From the NCBI GenBank assembly GCA_046350215.1, contig JAXMAU010000035.1:935-64934 (forward strand): 64,000 bases of DNA, given 5' to 3'. The notes under the pieces were generated by a model. It was not told the DNA's origin. It ran no database searches and saw only the letters and a program-made list of their open reading frames with translations. The stretch is from Gemmataceae bacterium. Its GTDB lineage: Bacteria; Planctomycetota; Planctomycetia; Gemmatales; Gemmataceae. Made by a program: the position numbers and the translations under genes. Of this stretch, positions 1 to 9,799 are shown one piece after another; the first letter of the stretch is position 1, and each line of letters starts with the position of its first letter.

Positions 1-88
1 CGGCGATGTTGGCTCCGATTTGCGCCCGGGCGGTGAGGGGCACGAACAATGCCAGGGCGAGAACACTGGCAGTCAAGGTGCGGAACAT
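1..88 (-). CDS. 5' end of an exported protein (signal peptide only; the gene continues left of the window)
   Basis: Minus-strand ATG at 88 with GAGGA about 7 nt upstream. Translates to MFRTLTASVLALALFVPLTARAQIGANIA, a typical Sec signal peptide. Confidence 0.3.
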   Translation of the reverse strand, partial: MFRTLTASVLALALFVPLTARAQIGANIA

Positions 89-168
89 GGCTGATTCCTC
101 GCAACAAGCACCGGGCGACCTCTGTCTAACCCTGTGCAAGCGGGATGCCAGAACCGACCAGGGCGAGG

Positions 169-1764
169 CTAAACGGCGACGACTCGTGTCCGCGGCTTGG
201 TGAGCTGCTGGGACGACTGCGCCTCCATCTCTTCCAGAATCTGCCCGCGGATGTCGAGGAAGCCGCGGGCGATCACCGGGTCGAACTGTTTGCCGATCTC
301 CTTCTGGATGATGTCGAACGCCACCGTCGCCGGCATACCCTTGCGGTAGGGCCGATCGGAGGTCATCGCGTCGAAGGCGTCGGCGAGCGACACGATCCGG
401 GCAAGCGGGTCGATCATCGCCCCTTCCTGCCCGTCCGGATAGCCCCGGCCGTCCCAGCGCTCGTGATGCGAGCGCACGATCGGGATGATCGGCCGCAGGT
501 CCGGCACCCGGTTGACGATCTCCGCCCCCATGACGGTGTGTTTCTTCATCACATCGAACTCGTCGTCGTCGAGTTTGCCGGGCTTGAGCAGGATGGCGTC
601 GGGAATGCCGATCTTGCCGACGTCGTGCAATGGGGTGCCGATCCGCAGCAGGTGCATCTGGTCGGCGGTCAGCCCCATCGGTTCCTGCATGTGCTCGGCC
701 AGCAGCAGGGCGTAGGTGGTGACCCGTTGCGTGTGATTCCCGGTGTAGGCGTCGCGCAGCTCCACGGCGTCGGCCAGGATGTTGATGGTGTCGAGGAACA
801 GGTCGCGTTGCTTGCGGAGCAGCTGGGCGCACTCGATGCCCGCCGAGACACTGGCGGCCAGGGCATCGGCGAGATGCAGGTCGTCCTCGAGGAACGGGGC
901 TTCGAGCGGCCCGCGGTCGAGGTGCAGCACCCCGAGCGATCGCCGCGGCGTTCGCAGCAGGACACACAGCACCGACGACATCTGCCCCTCGGCGATGCTG
1001 CGGGCCATCGCTACCTCGGGGTCGTCGTCCACCTGTTTGCAGAGGATCGACTCGCCGCGCTCGAAGCACCGGGTGGCCAGGCTCTGGCTGAACTGAAACC
1101 GGCTGGACGGCTCGGAGCGGCCGTTCATCGCCGCGCGCGGGTCCACTCGCCCGGTGGTCAGCGCCTTGATCCGCAGTCCGCCGTTGGGGCCTTCGGCCAG
1201 GACGATCGCGCCGCGTTGCGCGTTCAGAGTGCGAACGGCATCGTCGAGAATCGAGGAGAGCAGGTCTTCCTCGCGCTCGCTGCGCGCCAGGTGCTGGCTG
1301 GCGCGGAGCAGGGCGACCAGTTTTTCACCGGCCCGCGGCCCCACGCGCACATCCAGCTCGGCGACGTTCTCCATCGCCTCGGTCCAGCTCGCCTTGCTGG
1401 TGGCGGCGATCTCCATGTCGTTGGGAACGCCGGCGGCCGACCCGGAATCGTCGGCCATCTCGGTGATCCCCTGAACGTTCATGGTGACTTCGCCGAACTG
1501 CAGCATGTCGCGGACGTGCAGCGGCCACTCGGTGCCCTTCTTGAGCAGCACCCCGTTCACCTTGGTGCCGTTGGTGCTGCCGAGGTCGCGGACGCGCCAG
1601 CCGCGCTCGGTCGGGCGGATCTCGGCGTGGGTGCGGCTGACCGAGGCGTCCTCGATCACCAGCTCGAGGTTCTTTTCGCGGCCGACGCGGAGGACGCCCG
1701 CCCCCTCCCAGGCCCGCCCTTTCACGGAGCCGTTCATCCCACACAGGCGGATGGACCGTTTCAT
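169..1764 (-). CDS. FHA-GAF-HD-GYP signalling protein (putative cyclic-di-GMP phosphodiesterase)
   Basis: Intact 531-aa ORF. N-terminal FHA signature (VSRTHAEI..GWRVRDLGSTNGTKVNG), central GAF-like region, C-terminal HD-GYP motifs (HDVGKIGIPD ... HHERWDGRGYPDG). Confidence 0.85.
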   Translation of the reverse strand: MKRSIRLCGMNGSVKGRAWEGAGVLRVGREKNLELVIEDASVSRTHAEIRPTERGWRVRDLGSTNGTKVNGVLLKKGTEWPLHVRDMLQFGEVTMNVQGITEMADDSGSAAGVPNDMEIAATSKASWTEAMENVAELDVRVGPRAGEKLVALLRASQHLARSEREEDLLSSILDDAVRTLNAQRGAIVLAEGPNGGLRIKALTTGRVDPRAAMNGRSEPSSRFQFSQSLATRCFERGESILCKQVDDDPEVAMARSIAEGQMSSVLCVLLRTPRRSLGVLHLDRGPLEAPFLEDDLHLADALAASVSAGIECAQLLRKQRDLFLDTINILADAVELRDAYTGNHTQRVTTYALLLAEHMQEPMGLTADQMHLLRIGTPLHDVGKIGIPDAILLKPGKLDDDEFDVMKKHTVMGAEIVNRVPDLRPIIPIVRSHHERWDGRGYPDGQEGAMIDPLARIVSLADAFDAMTSDRPYRKGMPATVAFDIIQKEIGKQFDPVIARGFLDIRGQILEEMEAQSSQQLTKPRTRVVAV

Positions 1765-1889
1765 GCTGCTAACCCTTGCCAGGCCACGGAGGAGGGGCGT
1801 GCCGATTCATTCGACGGAAGCGAGTCGAACCGTCCGAGAGCAAGTATAGCTTTCACTTTTCCGCGCCGTGGCGAGGGAAGCGGAAAAGT

Positions 1890-1910
1890 CGGGGTGATCG
1901 GCTCACCCCG
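1890..1910 (-). terminator. hairpin downstream of the qor-like fragment
   Basis: CGGGGTGA-TCGGC-TCACCCCG. On the minus strand it is followed by ACTTTTCC. A mismatched second copy lies near 3030-3050. Confidence 0.4.
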
Positions 1911-1949
1911 CAGGTTGGAAGGCGTTCTTTCTGCTGACACAGTCGGCAT

Positions 1950-2432
1950 TTACGGCACGATCAGCACCTTGCCGCGAAGCGTGCCGGCGCCGTGCAAGGT
2001 GTTTTCTTCCAGAAAGCGGTGGGCGGCAGCCGCCTCCGCCAGCGGGAACACGCGACCAATCTCCGGCCGCAGCTTGCCCTCGGCCAGCCAGCGGTTGATG
2101 TCGTCAGCGCAGCGCCGCTGGTCGTCGGCCGGGGCGTTGAACATGGCGAAGCCGTGCAGCGACAGCCCCTTGACGTAGAACGGCCCGACCGGGAACACCG
2201 GCCGCGCCTGCCGGCCAGCGATCAGGACGATGCGCCCACGGGGCGCCATCAACTCGACGGTGCGGACCAGGTCCGGTTCGCGCTGCGTCTCGTACCACAC
2301 GTCCACACCGCGGTCGGCGGTCAACCGGCGGACGCCGGCGGCCACGTCCTCGGTGCGGTAGTTGAGCACGCCGTCGGCCCCCCAGCCGCGGCACAGGTCG
2401 GCCTTGTCCGCGCTGCCGACGGTGGCGATCAC
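1950..2432 (-). pseudogene. 3' fragment of a zinc-type NADPH:quinone oxidoreductase gene (C-terminal half only)
   Basis: The 160-aa ORF (..IATVGSADKA..GADGVLNYRTED..LRGKVLIVP) covers only the Rossmann half. No GroES-like N-terminal half lies upstream, and similarity to the second copy ends at 2438. Confidence 0.7.
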
Positions 2433-2566
2433 CCGCGCCCCGACGCCGCAGGCGGCTCAGAGGGTGCGGGGTGTTCGTCGCCGACGAACACCCTGCTCCC
2501 TCTGGAGGTTGCCGCGGTCGGGGGCGGTGACGCCTGTGGACGGCGATCTCGTCGAGGCGATCTGCC

Positions 2567-2989
2567 TTGAGAGGCGGGGCGTCTTCGAACGATCATCACT
2601 GCAACGCGTTGGATTCCGGCGGTGCCCAGCCACGGAGGTTGCACATGGAGGTATCAGCCGGCGCAGCTGCGCTGAGAAGGAGCTGGGCCGCGGCGTGGGG
2701 AAGCACTGCGCTGACCACCCCGCGACGTCAGCCGCCACCCGAGGATGCGGCGATGTCGCAGCCGGACGGCCGGCGGCGAAGGTGCGACGCTGGTCCGCCG
2801 GCGCGTGGCATCAAGGTGCGCAGGGGACGCGGTGTGGCGTTGTATGGGAAGGGACGTGGCGTCTACGATGCCGGATCTCACGGGGCCGTTGGAGGGGACG
2901 AACAACAAGCTGACATGCAGCGACACCTACGGCTTGGGTTTCAAAGAAGACCTCGCCTCCACGAGGCCAAGTACGCTTTACTCGGATGA
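2567..2989 (+). mobile_element. DDE transposase C-terminal relic (ISL3-like), frameshifted
   Basis: Plus-strand pieces ..TGPLEGTNNKL.. and ..MQRHLRLGFQRRPRLHEAKYALLG* (stop at 2989) resemble the conserved ISL3-type transposase C-terminus. This is from memory, not a search. No intact ORF or catalytic N-terminal part is present. Confidence 0.4.
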
Positions 2990-2991
2990 GC

Positions 2992-3556
2992 CACTTTCCG
3001 CGTGGCGGGGAAGCGGAAAAGTCAGGGTGATCGGCTCACCCCGCAGGTTGGAAGGCGTTCTTTCTGCTGGCTTGCACAGTCGGCATTTACGGCACGATCA
3101 GCACCTTGCCGCGAAGCGTGCCGGCGTGCAAGGTGTTCTTCCAGAAAGCGGTGGGCGGCAACCGCCTCCGCCAGCGAACACGCGACCAATCTCGGCCGCA
3201 GCTTGCCTCGGCCAGCCAGCGGTTGATGTCGTCGGCGCGCGCTGGTCGTCGGCCGGGGCGTTGAACATGGCGAAGCCGTGCAGCGACAGCCTTGACGTAG
3301 AACGGCCCAACCGGGAACACCGGCCGCGCTACCGGCCGGCGATCAGGACGATGCGCTCAAGGCGCCCCATCAGCTCGACGGTGCGGACCAGGTCCGGCTC
3401 GCGGCGTCTCGTACCACAGTCCACGCCGCGGTCGGCGGTCAACCGGCGGACGCCGGCGGACACGTCCTCGGTGCGGTAGTTGAGCACGCCGTCGGCCCCA
3501 GCCGCGGCACAGGTCGGCCTTGTCCGCGCTTGCCGACGGTGGCGATCACCCGCGCT
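2992..3556. repeat. segmental duplication, decayed copy (partner 1852-2438)
   Basis: Same sequence as 1852-2438 but about 22 bp shorter. Many 1-3 nt deletions, several in homopolymer runs (TTTT to TT, GGG to G, CCCC to CC), plus a few substitutions. Confidence 0.85.
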
Positions 3557-4051
3557 GACCGCCTTTGCCATCTGCACCACCATGCTGCCGACCCCGCCGG
3601 TGCCGCGTTGACGAACACCCAGTCTCGCCGGCTTGCAGACGCCGCCCGAACACCCCAGGGTGCCGTGATCCCGGTCAGCGCGTCGGCGCGCCGTCTGCTC
3701 GTTCACCCCGTCGGGGATCGGGACAGCCACGTTTCACTGGCGCGAGATACTCCGCCGCCGTCCCCTGCCGGCCGAGCAGACCCTGGTTCGACCCCGCACG
3801 CGGTCGCCAACCTTGAACCGCGTGACGCTATCCCCCGACCGCTGCCACGGTCCCGGCCAGGTCGCAGCCGGGGACGAACGGCCGCGGCAACGGCATCGCC
3901 ACCGTGCCGGCGCGAATGTACAGGTCGATCAGGTTGACCGCCGAAGCGACGACACGGAGAGTACCTCGCCCTCCCCTGGTTGCGGGGTTGGCAGATCGCC
4001 GTATCGGATCACCTCGGGGCCGCCGGGGGCGTCGAAAAAGGCGGCACGCAT
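3087..4051 (-). pseudogene. full-length but heavily frameshifted NADPH:quinone oxidoreductase gene
   Basis: Pieces lie in three minus frames: MRAAFFDAPGGPEVIRYGDLPTPQPGEGEVL (ATG 4051), ..GADGVLNYRTEDVSAGVRRLTADRGVD.., ..DDINRWLAE.., ..TLRGKVLIVP* (ends 3087). Confidence 0.75.
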
Positions 4052-4348
4052 GCGCTGGTCCTCTGTGCCAACACGAAACGGCGGCGCAGCAGCCACTCCG
4101 GTATTCCGGAGCGCTGGGCCGTCCGCCGGTTCATAGATACTCATCGCGGTCGGGCCGGACAGAGGACGCCGATTCCGCCTGAGGCACCTCAACCGCGCTC
4201 TGTTGTGGCCGGGTCTCCCGCCGGCCGCAGGTGTCGAAGGTCTCCTCCGGCGTCGCGGACCTTCGGTCGACCGATGGCAAGGATCGGGGCCGCCACTAGG
4301 GCGAGGACGCGGGTTTGGCGCCGGCCAGCCTTTTCAACGAGTAACCGA

Positions 4349-6451
4349 TTACTTGCCAGGGGCCGGCTGATCCGGCGGCGCCGGCGGCAGCTGCCGCTTC
4401 TCGATCATCGCCCGCACGCCGGCGGCGTAGCGCTCCCGCTCCTCCTGGGCGTCGGCGGCGTTGAAGCGCGGCAGCGGCACCCCCGGCGACAGCCACAGCA
4501 GATGTTGATAGCCCATCTCGGCGATCGCCACCTTGCGATGCTGCAGGCAGTTGGCCAAAAACTCGTAGGTTTCCACCTTGCCGAGATACTCGGCCAGCAG
4601 CGGGTGCAGCAGCTGATACGCCGTGGCCGCCTCCCCCTTGCGAAAGCGGCGGTCGAGCAGCAGCCCGGTGCCGGCCTTCTCGTCGTAGAGCCGGCGCGCG
4701 TTATCCGGCGACCGGGCGATCCACCGCTGCAGCACGAAGAACGCCATTTCGCGGTCCGGGACGTGGGTGCGGTCCTCGTCGCCGAGCCGGTCGATCAGCT
4801 CGCCGGCGGCGTCCACCGCTCCCAGGCCGCTGATCGCCACCAGCCGGGCGGCCGGATCGGGCCGGTCGAGCGTCTCGCGCAGCGCCAGCGCCGGCGTCTT
4901 GCTGTTGTTGAGCACCACTTCCAGATCCTTGAGCGCCGCCAGGATGCGGCGCAAACCTTCGCGGCGGACGTCGGGCAGCAGATCGAACGGCGGCGGTTGC
5001 TTGCTCCACGCCTCCGGCAGTCGCGCTTCCTTGAACGGCCCCTGCGTCTTGCGCGCGGTGGTCCACTCCACCCGCGCCCAGCGCGGCCGCTCGACCTCCA
5101 GGTTGTACGTGTTGAACGCATCCACCTTCAGCCCGACTGCTCCCTGAATGACCGCCAGCTGCAGGTCGGCGGCGGGCGGTTCCCCGCCGCGGTAGTTTGT
5201 CAGCGGCGTGTAGAACTGGGAGAAGTCGACGCCGACCTCGTCGCCCGGACCGTCAAGCGACAGGTCCCACACCTCCTTCTCGAAGCGCAGCCGAATGGTG
5301 CAGGGACCTTTTTCCTTGCGATTCGTCAGGTAGATGCGCCCGCGCAGCAGAGTCAGATCGAGGTCGACCTTCGGGTTGGCGTGGAGGATCACCGCGCTGT
5401 CGAGCAGGTTCAGCTGGCCGATCGACACCGCGAACTCGCGGACCGAGCCGCGGAGCAGGAGGTTGACGCCGCCGTTGGTGCTGACGACGCTGGTGAAACC
5501 CGGCAGCGCAACCAGCGGCTCGGCGGTGAACACCTGGCTGCGGATCGGTACCTTGTCCCAGACGTCGCGGCTGGGCTGGCGGAGCAGGGCGGTCGGCAGA
5601 TCGCTCAGTCCGCCAAGGTAGGTGCCGGCACGCATCCGCTCCTTGCTCGGCGGCGTCTGGTGCTCGACGACGGCCGGGTGCTGGTCCTCGGGTGGGCGGG
5701 TGTCCGGGTTGACGGGCGGCTGCGGCGAAGGCGCCGGCGGCGTCTTCTCCTTCTCCTTTTCCGGCGCCGGCGGCGTCTTGTCGACCGGCTTCTCCTTCTC
5801 GGGCGATCCCTTCTCCGGCGGCGGCTCGACCGGCGGAGTCGGGGTTAGCCCCTGGTCCGGACCGCGCGCCACCTGGACCGTACTGCGCGTCGGCAGCACC
5901 TGGTACACCGCGGTCGCCAGCGCCGCCAGGAGCAGCACGGCGGCGGCCGGCAGAATCCAGCGCGGCCAGGGCGTCGTCAGGCCGAGGTCGTCCGCGTGCT
6001 CGGGGCCGTTGGCCGACGCTTTTGCCGGCTGCGCCTTGCGGTACGGGATCGCCTCGCGCCCCTGCACCAGACCGTACATCCGCTCGCGCGCCTTCGGCGG
6101 GACGAGCGCCGGTTCACCCAGCAGCAGCGTGAGAATCTGGTGACACGAGGCAATCTCGGCCAGATGCACGTCCGATTCGTGCGCCAGCTTCTCCAGTTCG
6201 ACCACCTGGTCGCCGGGCAGCTCGTCGTCGAGGTACTCGGCGACGTCGTTCGGGTCGATGCCGGACGGTCCGCTGGCCGGCGGAACGGTGAGCCGCCGCC
6301 GCCGCGTCACCTGCTTGATGCGGGCGACGAGTTCCTGCGCCGCATCGCTCTCCGCCACCTTTTGCCCAAACTCCTTGATCTCCGCCGCCGGCAGGGTGTC
6401 GTCGAGGTACGCCAGCAGGGTGCGAAGGGTGAGTCGTCTCTGCGCGGCCAT
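4349..6451 (-). CDS. membrane-anchored anti-sigma-like regulator (helical N-domain, TM, FecR-like and HEAT-like periplasmic part)
   Basis: 700 aa from ATG 6451 (MAAQRRLTLRTLLAYLDD..). One TM (WILPAAAVLLLAALATAVYQVL), a Pro-rich linker, then a beta-rich and HEAT-like C-terminus. The 71 upstream codons of the ORF run through a palindromic repeat and are probably not coding. Confidence 0.55.
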   Translation of the reverse strand: MAAQRRLTLRTLLAYLDDTLPAAEIKEFGQKVAESDAAQELVARIKQVTRRRRLTVPPASGPSGIDPNDVAEYLDDELPGDQVVELEKLAHESDVHLAEIASCHQILTLLLGEPALVPPKARERMYGLVQGREAIPYRKAQPAKASANGPEHADDLGLTTPWPRWILPAAAVLLLAALATAVYQVLPTRSTVQVARGPDQGLTPTPPVEPPPEKGSPEKEKPVDKTPPAPEKEKEKTPPAPSPQPPVNPDTRPPEDQHPAVVEHQTPPSKERMRAGTYLGGLSDLPTALLRQPSRDVWDKVPIRSQVFTAEPLVALPGFTSVVSTNGGVNLLLRGSVREFAVSIGQLNLLDSAVILHANPKVDLDLTLLRGRIYLTNRKEKGPCTIRLRFEKEVWDLSLDGPGDEVGVDFSQFYTPLTNYRGGEPPAADLQLAVIQGAVGLKVDAFNTYNLEVERPRWARVEWTTARKTQGPFKEARLPEAWSKQPPPFDLLPDVRREGLRRILAALKDLEVVLNNSKTPALALRETLDRPDPAARLVAISGLGAVDAAGELIDRLGDEDRTHVPDREMAFFVLQRWIARSPDNARRLYDEKAGTGLLLDRRFRKGEAATAYQLLHPLLAEYLGKVETYEFLANCLQHRKVAIAEMGYQHLLWLSPGVPLPRFNAADAQEERERYAAGVRAMIEKRQLPPAPPDQPAPGK

Positions 6452-6510
6452 CGGGTTCTCTTTCCGGATGAGAGCGTCGGGTGTCTCCACAGAAGGTGTT
6501 ACGCCGCCCT

Positions 6511-6628
6511 CTTCCCAGGGCTGACGACCTGGGCTATTGACTACCGCCCCTACGGGGCTAAGACGCTTCGGCGCCACTCCCAAGCCCCGAAGGGGCGACA
6601 GCCAATAGCCCAGGGTGTCCACCCTGGG
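6511..6628. repeat. cluster of nested palindromes in the leader of the anti-sigma-like gene
   Basis: CCCAGG/CCTGGG (6514-6533), GGGCTATTG/CAATAGCCC (6531-6611), GCCCC-GAA-GGGGC (6584-6596), CCCAGGGTG-TC-CACCCTGGG (6609-6628). Confidence 0.35.
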
Positions 6629-6805
6629 AGGCTCCCACCGGCCTACGGCGTAACTCCTGTCCACAGGTAATAGTGGGCGTCCGCCGCGGTTTCTGCATTC
6701 TTTTCGGGCCGCCCGCCATTCGACCTTGCACCACTGCCGCGGCAGGGGCTAATCCATGATGGCGCGGCTTGCCCGGTACGTGACCCTGACGCGACGAGGC
6801 CGGAC

Positions 6806-7786
6806 ATGACGATCAACCGACTCCTTCCCGTCCTGGCACTGGCGGCACTGCTGGCGGAGCCGCGCACGGCGACCTGCACTGCCCGCAGCCGACGCACGAC
6901 GCCGGCGAGCTGCGCTCGGGGCGCCGCTGCAGGCACACGTTCGTACTGACCAACCCCACCGGCGAGGCGATCGAGATCACCGGGGTGAAGCCGGGCTGCG
7001 GCTGCCTTCGTCCGAGCGTGGGGCAAACGCGCATACCGGCCGGCGCGTCGACGACGGTGGCGATCGAGGTGAACACGGTGACGCAGGCGGCCGGGCCGAA
7101 CGGCTGGCGGGTCACGGTCGCCTACCGCGAGGGAGGAACGCGGCGGCTGCCGCGCTCGCCGTCACCGCCCGCCTGGTGCGCGACGTCGCCATCGAGCCGG
7201 CCGCCCTGCTCCTGCACACCGCCGCACCGCTTCGCGCCGCCTTCACGCTGACCGAGTCCGGCGAACAGCCGCTCGCCGTCCGCGCCGCCGCGTGTACCTC
7301 GCCGCACCTGCGCCTGCATCCCGAGGCGCCGCGCCGACGGGCCGACGGGTGGCAACGACGGATCGAGGTGGAGGTGCTGCCGACGCTCCCGCCCGGCCGG
7401 CACGAGGACGTCATGGTGCTCTACACCGGCGACCCGCGCTGCCCGGAGCTGAAGGCGCCGTTGACCGTCGTCAAGCAGTCCGCCGCGCGGGTGCAGCCGT
7501 CGCCGGAAGCGGTGCGGCTGACGGCGTCGTCGGGCGGCGCCTACCCGCCGCGTCGTCCTCCTGCGCGACGCCGACGGCGACACCCCGGTCGAGGTCGAGC
7601 GGACGGAGCCGAGCCACCCGTGCCTGCAAGTGACCGCCGCCCGCGGTCCCGGCCCGCACAGCACGCTGCGCGTCCGCATCGACGAGGCGCGTACCGCCGG
7701 GGCCGTTCGCCGGCGGCGATGCGATTGCTGCGCACGCTCGCCGGCCGGCGCCAGCGGTCACCATCCCCGTTCACATCCACCGCTGA
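6806..7786 (+). pseudogene. DUF1573-family exported protein, multiply frameshifted
   Basis: Signal peptide MTINRLLPVLALAALLA from ATG 6806. The DUF1573 hallmark ..HTFVLTNPTGEAIEITGVKPGCGCL.. is in another frame, and later parts lie in the frames of ORFs 7176-7850 and 7630-. Probable stop near 7786. Confidence 0.6.
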
Positions 7787-7820
7787 CCATCCCTTCATCC
7801 GATTCGCCGCCAGCGGAGTT

Positions 7821-7845
7821 GTCTACCGGCGAGGCGACGGTAGAC
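7821..7845 (+). terminator. hairpin after the DUF1573 gene
   Basis: GTCTACCG-GCGAGGCGA-CGGTAGAC. No clear T-tract follows. Confidence 0.3.
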
Positions 7846-7924
7846 TGTAGATGCCGGAATTGGCGGTCCTGTTCGTGCCTTTGCGTCCCTGGTGTTCGGT
7901 CGCCATCGGCCCCGAGACGATCCC

Positions 7925-9319
7925 GTGTCGCGCCTCCTCGTCCTGCTGGTCGCCGTGTCGGTCAGTCCGGCGAGCCGGGGAGCCGAAGGCGTGGAAGCGC
8001 GACGTCGTTCATCGCAAGCGCGGGCTGCCGCTGGCCGGCCTGGTCGTCGAGCAGAACCGCTCGTTCGGTCGTCATCCGCTGCATCACGCAACGACCCGGC
8101 TCGCCGACGGTGGTGTTCCTCGAAATCGTCCCTCGCGACGAGGTGACGCGGCTGGAGGCTTCTCCCGGCCGAGGAACGTCAACGGCTTCAGGAGCGCCCT
8201 CGACACCCTCCGCGCGACCGCGAACGGCTGACCGCCTACCTCCGCGACCTGGACAACGGCAAGACGCGAGCGACCCGGCGGCGAGGCGGTCGACCTGCGC
8301 ACCGCCTGGCGGACGACGAGAAGCGGCCGGCCCTCAGCTATCGATCGACGTACTTTCAGCTGATCGCCGACACCCGACCGGCAGCAGCCCGACTGATCGC
8401 CATCCACCTGGAAGAGATCTACGCGGCATTCGCCCGCAACCTCCCGCCCCGCACCGCCGACGCCGTGCCGACGACGGTCCTGCTGACCCGTTCGCTTGCC
8501 GAATACCAGACGCTCGCCCGCAGCCGCGGGCTGAGCCTGGTCAATCCGGCGTTCTACGACCCCGCCCGCAACCAGGTGGTGTGCGGCAGCGATCTCGAAC
8601 GGCTGACCGACGAGATGGAACAGGTTCGCACTCATCACGCCGCTCTGCGCGCCGCGGCGAAGGGGCGGATGGCGGAGCTGAGCCGGGTGTACCGCGGCAA
8701 GGTGCCGGCCGAGCTGATCGTCCCGTTCGCCGACGCCGAGAAACGGATCGTCGCCACCGAGAAGCGGAACGAGGAGACGCTGGGGCGGGCGCGGCAGCGG
8801 TTGTTCCAGCGGCTCTACCACGAGGCGTTTCACGCCTACCTGGGGACGTTCGTCTACCACGAGAAGGACCACGGACTGCCGTTGTGGCTCAACGAGGGGC
8901 TGGCGCAGATCTTCGAGACCGCCATCGTCGAGGTCGGCGAGCTGCGCATCGGCCACGCCGACCCGGACCGGCTGGCCAACGTCCGCCACGCCCTCGCACG
9001 CGGCACCTTGCTGCCGCTGGTCGACCTGCTGCGCTCCGAGCACCGCCATTTCCAGTCGGCCCACCGCGGCGACCAGCACGCCTCCGACCGCTATTACCTC
9101 GCCGCCTGGGCGCTGGCGTTCTACCTGCGCTTCGAGCGCAAACTGGTCGGCACCCCGGCCCTGGACGACTACCTGACGGCTCTCCGTCGCGGCACCGACC
9201 CGCTCCTGGCGTTCCGCGACCTCGTCGGGAAACCACTCCCTACGTTCGAGCAGGAATTCGTCCGCTACCTCGGTCGGCTGCGCCCTGACGGCACCGTCGG
9301 CGAACCGCCCGCACCTTGA
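7925..9319 (+). pseudogene. DUF1570 / peptidase-MA-like exported protein; N-terminal third frameshifted
   Basis: The clean 284-aa C-terminal ORF (8465-9319) carries HEAFHAY and WLNEGLAQIFE. The N-terminal part (GTG 7925, VSRLLVLLVAVSVSPA signal peptide, ..VVFLEIVPRDEVTRLE..) is split over three frames. Confidence 0.7.
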
Positions 9320-9376
9320 CGGGCGACGAGAAATTTGCGTCTATTCGATCTGGTTAACCATCGCTGGAGGCTGGGA

Positions 9377-9739
9377 ATGAACGTCAGCGAATCGCGTGAG
9401 GTGGCGAAGGACTGGACCTTCCTGAGCAACCACGCCCATGTGCTGCTGGTGCTGGCGAAGGACCCGGAGATGCGCTTGCGCGACGTGTCCGACCGTGTCG
9501 GCATCACCGAGCGGGCGGTGCAGCGCATCGTCAAGGAGCTGGAGGAGAGCGGTTACCTGCAGCGCGAGCGGACGGGCCGCCGCAACCGCTACCGGGTCAC
9601 CGGCGACCTGCCGCTGCGGCACCCGATCGAGAGTCACCGCAGCATCCGCGACCTGATCTCCCTGATCCTCGCGCCGGACGAGCGGGCCGGACTGAACGGC
9701 GCCCCGACCGGGGAGACGGTGGGAGTGGAAACCGAGTAA
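9377..9739 (+). CDS. winged-helix HTH transcriptional regulator (ArsR/MarR-like)
   Basis: ATG 9377 with GGAGG 6 nt upstream. HTH segment LRDVSDRVGITERAVQRIVKELEESGYLQRER. Confidence 0.7.
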   Translation: MNVSESREVAKDWTFLSNHAHVLLVLAKDPEMRLRDVSDRVGITERAVQRIVKELEESGYLQRERTGRRNRYRVTGDLPLRHPIESHRSIRDLISLILAPDERAGLNGAPTGETVGVETE

Positions 9740-9799
9740 TTTTCATCCGGACCGGAATGGCGGACCGTTTGCAAGCTATAATAGGAGCGAATGGGCGAC

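Larger units (their letters stand above)
1852..2438. repeat. segmental duplication, clean copy (partner 2992-3556)
   Basis: Aligns by eye base-for-base with 2992-3556 apart from many small indels. Homology starts at CACTTTTCCGCG and stops after GGTGGCGATCACCCGCGC. Confidence 0.85.

Noticed and set aside
145-2178. Very long ORFs antisense to or overlapping real genes (for example 145-2178, 3980-5848, 11531-13705, 19558-21813, 32773-34674, 38329-39588, 61545-63017, 7630-9288).
   Set aside because: Their products are Arg/Pro/Gly/Ala-rich low-complexity sequence with no recognisable motifs. Each lies opposite a gene with clear family signatures. This is typical shadow-ORF behaviour in very GC-rich DNA, where stop codons are rare.
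1852-3556. Diversity-generating retroelement (template and variable repeat) as an explanation for the duplicated segments.
   Set aside because: The differences are mainly small deletions and are not adenine-specific substitutions. The segments are ~590 bp long and cover a gene end plus terminator. No reverse transcriptase is present.
9777-9782. TATAAT box upstream of csrA as a promoter.
   Set aside because: The only TTGCAA-like hexamer is 2 nt away rather than about 17, and no acceptable -35 lies at the proper spacing. Planctomycete promoter consensus is also uncertain.
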